A stretch of 64,000 nt of DNA from Candidatus Aenigmatarchaeota archaeon (GCA_039091335.1 JAWCME010000002.1:1-64000); one strand, 5' to 3'; numbered from the stretch's first letter, positions 28,784 through 37,452 are shown. Notes: a model not told the origin generated them from the letters alone. Translations and numbers: made by a program.

Positions 28784-29020
28784 TTAAACAACCCTCCACC
28801 CATTATCATTTTTCTCTACAGGAAGTTTTTTTAATATCCTTCCCACATTAAACGGATTAATTTCTATTCCATTTCTTTTCAATATTTCTGATATTTCTGT
28901 TGCAGTATAGTATTTTCTATTCGTACCACATAACTCTTTAAGTGTTTTATACACCATCTCCACAATTTTTTCATAACCAAACTTATTTATAATTTCTCTT
29001 TCTTTTTTGTTGTATCTCAT
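28784..29020 (-). CDS. Small winged-helix protein
   Basis: TATEISEIL...INPFNVGRILKKL helix-turn-helix-like pattern; GGAGG upstream. Confidence 0.6.
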   Translation of the reverse strand: MRYNKKEREIINKFGYEKIVEMVYKTLKELCGTNRKYYTATEISEILKRNGIEINPFNVGRILKKLPVEKNDNGWRVV

Positions 29021-29243
29021 TTTCTCCCTCCTTTAAAAAATTTAAAAAAATTATCCCAAGGTTTGTGATTTTTACAGGAATTCCCTTGTTTTTTTGATCA
29101 CCACATTCTATGATACCAAGCTCTTTAAGTTTTTTGGCATTCCACCTCAATGTAGATTCTGGGATGTTATGTTTTTTAGAAATTTCATACAAGAGCGAAG
29201 TAATGGTTATATTTTTCCATTTTATCATTTCGTTTAATATCAA
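28983..29243 (-). CDS. Small winged-helix protein (true start may lie upstream, near 29306)
   Basis: IPESTLRWNAKKLKELGII...VKITNLG winged-helix signature; frame open to 29312. Confidence 0.7.
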   Translation of the reverse strand: MILNEMIKWKNITITSLLYEISKKHNIPESTLRWNAKKLKELGIIECGDQKNKGIPVKITNLGIIFLNFLKEGENEIQQKRKRNYK

Positions 29244-29385
29244 AATCCCATGCTTATTAATTACTCTAAGGAAAATGTTACTTAACTTCTTGGAAGAAAT
29301 TGGTATGGCATCTTAATTAATTTGTGTTGTATTATTTATAAAGATAATGCGCAAATTTTATTGCAGTTATAAGAGAAAAAGTAAA

Positions 29386-30093
29386 TTACCTAACTGGTGT
29401 GTAAAAATTCTTATATGTCCTTCCTGTTAGAAAATAGGTTAATGTAAAAAAAATATATTTATAGGCGGTTTTAATTCTTCCCCATTTTTCAAATCTTCTA
29501 ACAGAATTAAAGACTAAGATTTTTTCTTTAAAAACGATTTTTCCAACCTTTGAGATTCTTTTGGATAAATCTAAATCTTCATCAAAATATAAATTTTCAT
29601 TAAAGCCACCAACACTTTTAAAGGCGTCCTTTCTGTAGGCACAAAAAATTCCTGGAATACAGGGGGTTTTTAAAAATATAGAGAACTTTATAAAGTTGTT
29701 AATAAACCAATAGATAAGATAATCGATTATCTTATTGCTAATTGGTAAAATTAGGCAAGCCACGCCAACCACTTCCTTTTTTTTAAAAACTTTGGCTAAC
29801 TCGCTTAAGGTATTGTATAGTATTAGTGTATCCGCATCAACAAAAACCAATATATCCCCTTTTGCGACAGATGCTCCGGCATTCCTGCCTACTGCAGGGC
29901 ATTTCTTCTTCGTAATAACTATTTTATTAGCATACTTTCTGGCTATTTTAAGAGTGTTGTCTCTGCTTCTTCCATCAGACACTATTATTTCTACCTTTCC
30001 TCCATAGTCTTGATTTTTTATACTTCTTAATGTAGCCTCAAGATATTTTTCTTCGTTATATGTTGGGACTATTACTGAAATTAGCGGTTTCAT
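29386..30093 (-). CDS. Glycosyltransferase family 2
   Basis: SVIVPTYNEE, DGRSRDNT, FVDAD, GGFNE, EDLDL. Confidence 0.92.
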   Translation of the reverse strand: MKPLISVIVPTYNEEKYLEATLRSIKNQDYGGKVEIIVSDGRSRDNTLKIARKYANKIVITKKKCPAVGRNAGASVAKGDILVFVDADTLILYNTLSELAKVFKKKEVVGVACLILPISNKIIDYLIYWFINNFIKFSIFLKTPCIPGIFCAYRKDAFKSVGGFNENLYFDEDLDLSKRISKVGKIVFKEKILVFNSVRRFEKWGRIKTAYKYIFFTLTYFLTGRTYKNFYTPVR

Positions 30094-30166
30094 AATTTTT
30101 TATTAATCTCATTAAAAACTTTAAATATTATCTAAATTAGCAAATAAAACTAAATTATCTGGTAAT

Positions 30167-31291
30167 TCAATCTCTTAACATAAATTTATCAATTTTATTT
30201 TTTGCGTCCTCCCTTTTTTTTTGATGTTCTTTGATGAATTTTTTTATCCTTTCCGAAAGAATTTCTTTGCACTCACCACACAACCTATTTCCTTTTTTAC
30301 AATCTTCAAAAATTTTTTGCACTTTTTTATCATCTTCTTCAAATAAAAAGTAATAGTACTGATAAACTGGGCATAATTCAGGGTTTCCACCCTTCTCCTT
30401 CTGCTCTTTTATTGTCGGTTGTCCAGCATCAAAGGCATTCATCACCTTTCTTTCAATTTTTTCTTCTGTGTCAGATGTAAATATAGCTGTTTCTGGTTCG
30501 CTCGAGCTCATCTTTCCTCCTTTTCCTAATCCAGGAAAGAACTTAGAGTGGATTTCTGCTGGCTTATAAAAATTCAGTTTTGGTGCAACATCCCTTGCCA
30601 TCCTCCAGTAGGGAGATTGGTCTATTGCCGCAGGTATAAGACAGGGTATATTCTTTCCTTTTAATACTGAAGGAAGAAAGCAAGGAACCGCCTGAATTGC
30701 TGGGAAGAAAACAATTCCTATGTTTGAAGTATTTTTAAAACCAAATATTGATTTTACAGTAGAAAATGTAACATGTTTTGCAATTTGTATAGCAATCTTA
30801 TACTGCGTTTTTGCATATTCTGTATTAGAGAAAATAAACGTTTTTTTATAGTCAAAGTCACATGCTATGACATCTAGAACATTGTCATAAGTATAACCAA
30901 TAGTATCTTGAAGGCTAAGCTCGGGCTTAACTAAAAACTTTTCATCATCTGTCATTTGAAAATACAACTCTGCATCAAATTTTTTTTGTAGCCAACTTGT
31001 GAATATCCAAGGTATTAAATGTCCTATGTGTGTGTGCCCAGAAGGTCCTCTTCCTGTATAAAGAAAAAATTTCTCTCCATTTTCATATCTTTCCAATATC
31101 CAATCCATATCTCTGTGAGAGAAAAATATTTTTCTTCTCAAAAGAAAATGAAGTTCTTTCGTATGTTTCTTTATTCTTTCCAAAAGTTCATCTGTTATTC
31201 TTTTTACGCCAAACTCCTTTATCAGTTTTTCATAATCTACTTCTCCCCTAACTTCCCAAGGAGTTACTAAAAACTTTTTTTGTTTTATCAT
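30167..31291 (-). CDS. trpS: Tryptophan--tRNA ligase, archaeal/eukaryotic type
   Basis: VTPWEV, YTGRGPS, HIGH, TDDEK, AIDQ, KMSSS. Confidence 0.97.
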   Translation of the reverse strand: MIKQKKFLVTPWEVRGEVDYEKLIKEFGVKRITDELLERIKKHTKELHFLLRRKIFFSHRDMDWILERYENGEKFFLYTGRGPSGHTHIGHLIPWIFTSWLQKKFDAELYFQMTDDEKFLVKPELSLQDTIGYTYDNVLDVIACDFDYKKTFIFSNTEYAKTQYKIAIQIAKHVTFSTVKSIFGFKNTSNIGIVFFPAIQAVPCFLPSVLKGKNIPCLIPAAIDQSPYWRMARDVAPKLNFYKPAEIHSKFFPGLGKGGKMSSSEPETAIFTSDTEEKIERKVMNAFDAGQPTIKEQKEKGGNPELCPVYQYYYFLFEEDDKKVQKIFEDCKKGNRLCGECKEILSERIKKFIKEHQKKREDAKNKIDKFMLRD

Positions 31292-31356
31292 AGCTTATTA
31301 TTCATTTTGTTTTTAAATTTAAAAATTAAAAATATTTTAATTTACTTGGTGATTGT

Positions 31357-31800
31357 TTGGCTGTATTTAAGTTGGTAGTAAGCGAACCAGAAACAAAGAA
31401 GAGTTATCAGTTAGAAGTAGAGCAGAGTAAAGTTCAGTCTCTAATCGGAAAAAAAATTGGAGAAGAATTTCCTGGAGACCTTATTGGTTTAAATGGCTAT
31501 ATGTTAAAGATTACAGGAGGAACTGACAAGGATGGCTTTCCCATGCACCCATCTGTTTCTGGAATGGGAAGAAAAAAAGTTTTGTTGTCCTCTCCACCCT
31601 GTTTTCATCCAAGGTTAAAGGGGGAGAGAAGGAGAAAAACGGTAAGAGGAAACACAATAAGCGAAGATATAGTCCAAATAAATGTTAAGGTTACAAAAAA
31701 AGGAGAAAAGCCTTTAGAGGAATTAATCCCTGTTAAGCCCAAAGAAAAGAAAGAAGAGGAAAAAACAAAAGAGGAGATAGAAACAAAAACAGAAAAATAA
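31357..31800 (+). CDS. rps6e: 30S ribosomal protein S6e
   Basis: ITGGTDKDGFPM, GERRRKTVRG; TTG start with GGTGA SD. Confidence 0.96.
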   Translation: MAVFKLVVSEPETKKSYQLEVEQSKVQSLIGKKIGEEFPGDLIGLNGYMLKITGGTDKDGFPMHPSVSGMGRKKVLLSSPPCFHPRLKGERRRKTVRGNTISEDIVQINVKVTKKGEKPLEELIPVKPKEKKEEEKTKEEIETKTEK

Positions 31801-31864
31801 ATTACAAATAAAAATTTCATCTTTATTTTTATTTATTAGAAAATATTTGAAGGGGTGATGAAAA

Positions 31865-33107
31865 GTAACAAAAGAGATTAATCCAAAGCTAATACCTAAA
31901 TGTAACATAGGTATGGTCGGACATTGCTAAAGCAACCGAAAACGTTGCGCATGGAAAGACAAGCCTAGTTGAAACAATTACTGGAAAGTCAACACTAATG
32001 CATTCTGAAGAATTGAAAAGGGGAATTACAATTCGCTTGGGTTATGCGGATGCAAAAATTTACAAATGTATAAAATGTGGAAAATATTGTTCAAGCGAAA
32101 AATGTCCTTTCTGTTTTTCTGATTGTGAGCTTCAAAGAACAGTAAGTTTTGTGGACGCCCCTGGACATGAAACTTTAATGGCCACAGTTTTAACTGGTGC
32201 TGCATTAATGAATGGGGCGATTCTTGTGATTGCAGCAAACGAGAAGTGTCCTCAGCCGCAGACTCGTGAGCATCTTACTGCTTTGGAAGTCGTTGGAATT
32301 AAAAATGTGATAATAGTTCAAAGCAAGATAGATTTGGTTACAGAAGAAAGGGCATTGGATAGCTATAAAGAAATAAAAGAATTCATTAAAGGAAGTAGCA
32401 TAGAGAATTCCCCAATAATACCGGTTTCCTCTAAACAGAGAATAAACATAAGTTCAGTTATAGAGGCAATAGAGGAATTCATTCCAGACCCGGAATTAGA
32501 TGAGAAAAAAGAACTGAGAATGCTTGTTGCAAGAAGCTTTGACATAAATAAACCTGGTACAAGCCCGGAAAAGCTTGTTGGTGGGGTTTTGGGTGGAGCA
32601 ATAATTCAGGGAAAATTAAGAGTTGGGGAGGAAATTGAAATTAGACCAGGTGTAATGGTCGGCTCAAAAAGAATTCCGCTTTTTACTCATGTTTTAGGGA
32701 TTAAAAAATCGAATATAGAAATGGAAGAGGCTGGTCCAGGAGGTTTGCTTGGGGTATTAACTGGCTTAGACCCATTTTTAACTAAGTCTGATTCTCTTGT
32801 GGGAAGTGTGGTTGGTCTTCCAGGAAAAATTCCAGAAACAAGAGAGGAGTTAAGAATAAATGTTAATTTACTTGAGAGAGCAGTTGGTTCAAAGGATTTG
32901 AGCGCAATATCTCCAATTAAAATAGGAGAAGAGCTTATGATAAACGTAGGAACAGCACGATCTATAGGAAAGGTTAGCTCAATTAAAAAAGATTATATTG
33001 AATTAAAACTTAAAATACCAGTATGTGCTGAGGAAAAAGAAAGGATAGCGATTTCTAGGTCAATCCTTGGAAGATGGAGGCTTATTGGTTGGGGTGTAAT
33101 AAAGTAG
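31865..33107 (+). CDS. eif2g: Translation initiation factor aIF2 gamma subunit, interrupted by a 19-nt BHB intron (exon 1 ~31865-31922, exon 2 31942-33107); start codon uncertain
   Basis: Spliced read NIGMVGHVAHGKTSL...HSEELKRGITIRLGY, DAPGHE, PQPQTREH, RSFDINKPG, WRLIGWG; position after rps6e is conserved. Confidence 0.93.
31923..31941 (+). other. BHB micro-intron in a protein-coding gene (ATTGCTAAAGCAACCGAAA)
   Basis: G-TCGG-AC|A-TTGC-TAAA-GCAA-CCGA-AA|A-C: 4-bp central helix, two 3-nt bulges, 4-bp inner helix; cutting after bulge base 2 rejoins codon C|AC and restores the frame. Confidence 0.88.
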
Positions 33108-33108
33108 T

Positions 33109-33540
33109 TTATGCGCAGAATACAGATGCTTGAATGCTTTTTCCAATTGGAGGCACTATTCTATAAACACATGTTTTTGGACCTGTGCAATCAGTGTTTT
33201 TGAGTGTTCCTGTCTTACCAGGCTCTATTCTACTAGTATCACCAGTTACTGAGTCAGCGGCATAATTTCCACCAGAAGTTCTTATTACTGTTATACTACC
33301 ACAAGTCGCCGCATTTTCTGATATTGTACAACTACCACTTACAAAACTTATATCAGATGTTCCTATATTTCTTATCATTATAGTTACAATACCTCCTGTA
33401 CAGTAACTATCGACTATTTCAATTCCCTGAGTAGCTCCAGTAAAAACCCCGCTTATATACATATAAGCCATTCCTGCCAAAGCTATTGTTATTACTAACA
33501 TTAAAATAGTAGCAATTACAGCAGAAACACCCTTTTCCAT
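33109..33540 (-). CDS. Archaeal type IV pilin-like protein
   Basis: Class III signal peptide MEKG/VSAVIATILMLVITIALAG; IRNIG motif; cysteine pairs. Confidence 0.88.
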   Translation of the reverse strand: MEKGVSAVIATILMLVITIALAGMAYMYISGVFTGATQGIEIVDSYCTGGIVTIMIRNIGTSDISFVSGSCTISENAATCGSITVIRTSGGNYAADSVTGDTSRIEPGKTGTLKNTDCTGPKTCVYRIVPPIGKSIQASVFCA

Positions 33541-33603
33541 TCCTTCACCTTATTAATTTTTGTTTTTTTTAATTTAAATATTATTTAAATAGAAAATATT
33601 TTT

Positions 33604-33972
33604 GTGAGAATTGTTTTTGACACCAATTTCTTAATCGATATGATAAAGTTTAAGGTGGATATAGAAGAAATAGAAGAGCTGGTTGGAAAATGTAATTTTT
33701 TTATTTTTGATAGTGTAATAGAGGAGCTAGAAAAAATTGCAAAAACAAGAAAAAAAGATGGTATGAACGCGAAGCTCGCGCTAAATTTTTTAAAGTCTAG
33801 AAAATTTAAAACAATTAAAACGAAGTTTAAAAGCACAGACGAGGCTATAGTCAATAGTTTAGAAAAGGATTCAATAGTTGCCACTAACGACTCGGAGTTG
33901 AGAAAAATATTAAAAGCTAAAGGAATAAAAACAATTTATTTAAGATCCAAAAAACATTTAGAGGTAGGTTGA
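33604..33972 (+). CDS. PIN-domain protein (Fcf1/Utp24-like)
   Basis: FDTNF, EEL, TDE, VATND; conserved position downstream of aIF2gamma. Confidence 0.88.
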   Translation: MRIVFDTNFLIDMIKFKVDIEEIEELVGKCNFFIFDSVIEELEKIAKTRKKDGMNAKLALNFLKSRKFKTIKTKFKSTDEAIVNSLEKDSIVATNDSELRKILKAKGIKTIYLRSKKHLEVG

Positions 33973-33976
33973 TAAA

Positions 33977-34513
33977 ATGGTAAACTATTGGAAAGAATTG
34001 CCCACAGGTCCAAATCCGCCAGAAGAAATATTCATAGTTGTGGAAATACCAAAAGGATGGAGAAATAAAATAGAGTTTGATAAAGAATTAAATGTTTTTG
34101 TCCTTGATAGAGTTTTATATTCTCCCTTTCACTATGACTGGGCAGATTATGGCATAATTCCAAAGACTTTTTGTGAAGACGGAGACCCAGCAGATGGCTT
34201 TGTTTTGATGAGAGAAGGAACCTTTCCTGGTTGTGTGATTAAATGTAGGCCGATTGGGTTGCTTAAAATGATAGACTCTGGTGAAAAAGATGATAAAATA
34301 ATAGCAGTACCTTCAAAAGACCCATTTTTTTCAGGAATAAAAGACATTTCAGACATTTCTAGTCATTTGCTCAAAGAGATTTCACATTTTTTTTCTCACT
34401 ACAAAGACCTGCAGGAAAAAAAGGTTGAAGTTATAGGGTGGGAAGGGGCCAAAGAAGCAAAGGAATTTATAAAAAGGGCAAAAGAACTATACAAGGAAAA
34501 ATTTGGAGATTGA
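33977..34513 (+). CDS. ppa: Inorganic pyrophosphatase, family I
   Basis: VEIPKG, LDRVL, DGDPAD, DDKIIAV, FFSHYK. Confidence 0.96.
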   Translation: MVNYWKELPTGPNPPEEIFIVVEIPKGWRNKIEFDKELNVFVLDRVLYSPFHYDWADYGIIPKTFCEDGDPADGFVLMREGTFPGCVIKCRPIGLLKMIDSGEKDDKIIAVPSKDPFFSGIKDISDISSHLLKEISHFFSHYKDLQEKKVEVIGWEGAKEAKEFIKRAKELYKEKFGD

Positions 34514-34514
34514 G

Positions 34515-35075
34515 ATGTATAGAGTTGTTACAGTTGAAGGAAGAATAAGGGTTCCTCCGGAAAAACTCAACATGAAGGTTAAAGAAGCTGTAAAGGAAAG
34601 TATTGCTGATTGGTTTGAAGGAAAAATAGACCAAAGGCTTGGTGTTATACTCTCAGTTGTTTCTGTTGAAAAAATAGGTGAGGGAAAAATAGTAGCAGGA
34701 GACCCAGGAGTTTATTATATGGCCACGTTTAAGCTTCTGACATTTAAGCCAGAATTGCATGAGATAGTTTATGGAGAAGTAATAGATAACACGGAATTCG
34801 GTTCATTTGTTCGTATAGGTCCAATGGACGGTTTGATTCATATCTCTCAGTTAATGGATGATTTTGTAAGCTATGACAGCAAAAATTCTGTCTTCCTTGG
34901 AAAAGAAACCAAAAAAACGTTGAAAGAAGGAGACAAAGTAAGGGCAAGGATAATATCTGTTTCTTTGGGAAAAGGCGAGGAAAACAAAATTGGCTTAACG
35001 ATGAGGCAGAATTTACTTGGTTCATTGAATTGGATAGAGGAGGAGAAGAGGAAGCAGAAGAAGGGAAGGGAATAA
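34515..35075 (+). CDS. rpoE1: DNA-directed RNA polymerase subunit E' (Rpo7)
   Basis: RVPP, FGSFVRIGPMDGLIHISQ, KIGLTMRQ. Confidence 0.96.
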   Translation: MYRVVTVEGRIRVPPEKLNMKVKEAVKESIADWFEGKIDQRLGVILSVVSVEKIGEGKIVAGDPGVYYMATFKLLTFKPELHEIVYGEVIDNTEFGSFVRIGPMDGLIHISQLMDDFVSYDSKNSVFLGKETKKTLKEGDKVRARIISVSLGKGEENKIGLTMRQNLLGSLNWIEEEKRKQKKGRE

Positions 35076-35077
35076 AA

Positions 35078-35266
35078 ATGGTTAAAAAAATTCAAGTTTG
35101 TAGAAACTGTAGAAGGTTCACGACAGAAACTTTTTGTAATGTTTGTAAGTCTACAAACCTATCTACGAGCTGGAAGGGGGTAGTAGTTATATTAAACACA
35201 GAAAGTGAGATAGCAAAAACACTAAAAGTTGAAGAGCCAGGAAGATACGCACTTTATGTTGGATGA
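35078..35266 (+). CDS. spt4: Transcription elongation factor Spt4 (RpoE'')
   Basis: CRNC...CNVC, WKG, SEIA, PGRYA; ATG at 35078. Confidence 0.92.
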   Translation: MVKKIQVCRNCRRFTTETFCNVCKSTNLSTSWKGVVVILNTESEIAKTLKVEEPGRYALYVG

Positions 35267-35270
35267 AGCC

Positions 35271-35765
35271 ATGAAAAAAAAGAAAGCAATTTTTATAGGA
35301 AGGTTTCAACCAATTCATTTTGGGCATGTTAAAGCAATTAAAGAAGCTATTAAAAGGTTTGATTTGACTATTGTTGTGGGTAGTACTAACCAGAAGAGAA
35401 GTTTTGAAAACCCATTTTCATTCAAAGAGAGAAAAGAAATGATTTCAAGGGTTTTCAGAGGAATTAGAATTGTTGGTGTTCCTGACACCAAAAACAATGG
35501 AGAATGGGTCAGGATGGTTAAGAGGAAGGTAAAATTTGATGTTGTTATCTCTGGCAGCAAATGGGTAAACAAATGTTTCAAAAGATTTAATATAAGAGTG
35601 ATTAAACCAAAACATTACAAAAGAAGAATTTTTAAAGGAGAAGAAATAAGGAGGAGGATTGTTGAGAATAAAAAATGGGTAAAACTTGTTCCAAAGGCCG
35701 TTGTTTCTTACATAAGAAAAATTAAAGGAATAGAAAGGATAAAGAAATTATATGGAAAAGCTTAA
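35271..35765 (+). CDS. Nicotinamide-nucleotide adenylyltransferase (NadM-like)
   Basis: GRFQPIHFGH, GS, NPFSFKER, W-x-x-LVP. Confidence 0.85.
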   Translation: MKKKKAIFIGRFQPIHFGHVKAIKEAIKRFDLTIVVGSTNQKRSFENPFSFKERKEMISRVFRGIRIVGVPDTKNNGEWVRMVKRKVKFDVVISGSKWVNKCFKRFNIRVIKPKHYKRRIFKGEEIRRRIVENKKWVKLVPKAVVSYIRKIKGIERIKKLYGKA

Positions 35766-36498
35766 GGGAAAAATTGCAATAGTTACTGGCTCAGGTCAGG
35801 GAATAGGGAAAGAAATTGTAAAGACATTTGCTTCAGAAGGAGCTAAAGTAATAGTTTCTGACATAACAGATAAGGTATTTGAAGTTGCGAATGAAATAGA
35901 AAAAGATGGTTTTGAGGCATTTCCAATAAAATGCGATGTATCTAGTTTTAAAGAAGTTAAAAAAATGGTTGAAAAAACCATAGAAAGGTTTGGTAAGATT
36001 GACATATTAGTTAACAATGCAGGAATATTTCCATTTAAACCATTTACTGAGATGAATGAGGAGGATTGGAATAGAGTATTAGAAGTAAATTTAAAAGGAA
36101 CTTTCAATTGTACAAGGGCTGTGATTGAAAAAATGGTTGAACAGAAATATGGAAAAATAATAAACATTTCTTCTATAGCAGGTACGATAGTAGGATTTGA
36201 TAAGTTATCTCATTACTGTGCAAGTAAAGCAGGAATAGTTGGTTTTACTCGTGCTCTTGCTTTAGAGCTTGCTCAATACGGAATAAATGTAAATGCAATT
36301 GCTCCAGGTCCAATAGAAACTCCTGGCACCCAAATCCTTGGAAAGGACGTTTATGAAGATATTAAGAAAAAAATACCAATGGGGAGGTGGGGGAAGCCAA
36401 AGGACATAGCAAACTTAGCTTTGTTTTTAGCTTCAGATGATTCTGATTTTATTACAGGGCAATGCATAGTTGCAGATGGTGGATATTCAAATCAATAA
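35752..36498 (+). CDS. Short-chain dehydrogenase/reductase (FabG-like)
   Basis: TGSGQGIG, NNAG, YCASK, PGPIET. Confidence 0.92.
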   Translation: MEKLKGKIAIVTGSGQGIGKEIVKTFASEGAKVIVSDITDKVFEVANEIEKDGFEAFPIKCDVSSFKEVKKMVEKTIERFGKIDILVNNAGIFPFKPFTEMNEEDWNRVLEVNLKGTFNCTRAVIEKMVEQKYGKIINISSIAGTIVGFDKLSHYCASKAGIVGFTRALALELAQYGINVNAIAPGPIETPGTQILGKDVYEDIKKKIPMGRWGKPKDIANLALFLASDDSDFITGQCIVADGGYSNQ

Positions 36499-36499
36499 G

Positions 36500-37432
36500 T
36501 TAAGAAAGCTTAGTTAAATATTCATATGCAGAAAGGGCAGCCTTAGCTCCTTCTCCAGCAGCGATTATTATTTGCTTCCATTTTACGTCTGTCACATCTC
36601 CAGCAGCAAAAAGACCAGGAACACTTGTGTTACAGTTTTGGTCTACATCTATTTCATTCTTTTCGTTTAAAACCAATCCCTCCGGAACTTCAAAACTGAT
36701 GCTTGGTTCTAATCCAATCTCTACCACAACTCCCCTTACCTTTAAATCAATCCCCTTTTTTGTTATTAAGTCAATTACTTCTATTCCTTCTACCTTTCCT
36801 TCTCCCTTTATTTCATTCACCTTTGTATTGTTAAAAATCTTTACAAACTTCAATTCCTTTACTTTTTCTATCAATATCTCATCACCAGTCAATTCAGGAG
36901 CAATGTTGATCAAATATATTTTATTTGTAAACTTTGCTAGCTCTAAAACAGCCTGTAAAGCGGAATTGCCACCACCTATTACTGCGACTGGCTTATCCTT
37001 GAAAAATACTGCATCACAAATCGCACAATAAGTTACCCCTTTTCCAATAAGCCTTTTTTCTCCAGGAACATTAAGGCTACGTGGCTTTTTTCCAGTTGCA
37101 ATGATAACGCTTTTTGCCCAGTAAACACCGTTTTCTGTTTCTACTTTAAAAAGTTTGTCTATCTTCTTTATCGACCGAACCACTTCTTGTATAACCTTTA
37201 TTTTAAAAACCTTTAGGTGTTCATCAAATCTTCTAACAAGTTCTTGCCCAGGAATCATCGTAAAGCCAGTATAGTTTTCTACATCAGTAGATAAATTTGC
37301 TTGTCCACCTATATCTAGGGTTAAAACAAGTATATCAAGTTTTTTTCTCGCTAGATAAATTGCTGCTGTTATTCCTGCAGGACCAGCACCAACTATTATA
37401 GAATCATAAGGAACTATAGATGCTACTTTCAT
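36500..37432 (-). CDS. trxB: Thioredoxin reductase-like FAD-dependent oxidoreductase
   Basis: GAGPAG, CAICD, GGGNSA, FAAGD. Confidence 0.9.
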   Translation of the reverse strand: MKVASIVPYDSIIVGAGPAGITAAIYLARKKLDILVLTLDIGGQANLSTDVENYTGFTMIPGQELVRRFDEHLKVFKIKVIQEVVRSIKKIDKLFKVETENGVYWAKSVIIATGKKPRSLNVPGEKRLIGKGVTYCAICDAVFFKDKPVAVIGGGNSALQAVLELAKFTNKIYLINIAPELTGDEILIEKVKELKFVKIFNNTKVNEIKGEGKVEGIEVIDLITKKGIDLKVRGVVVEIGLEPSISFEVPEGLVLNEKNEIDVDQNCNTSVPGLFAAGDVTDVKWKQIIIAAGEGAKAALSAYEYLTKLS

Positions 37433-37452
37433 TCTCTCTAATTAATTTTAAA

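Noticed and set aside
31876..31897. Possible second BHB-like intron (ATTA/TAAT helix, 13 nt) that could join ATG 31858 to the aIF2gamma frame
   Set aside because: The TAA stop would remain in the upstream exon, and the outer helix is not supported
31998..33107. aIF2gamma as a truncated gene or pseudogene, as the ORF track implies
   Set aside because: The missing N-terminus is present upstream and is restored exactly by BHB-rule excision; the rest of the gene is intact
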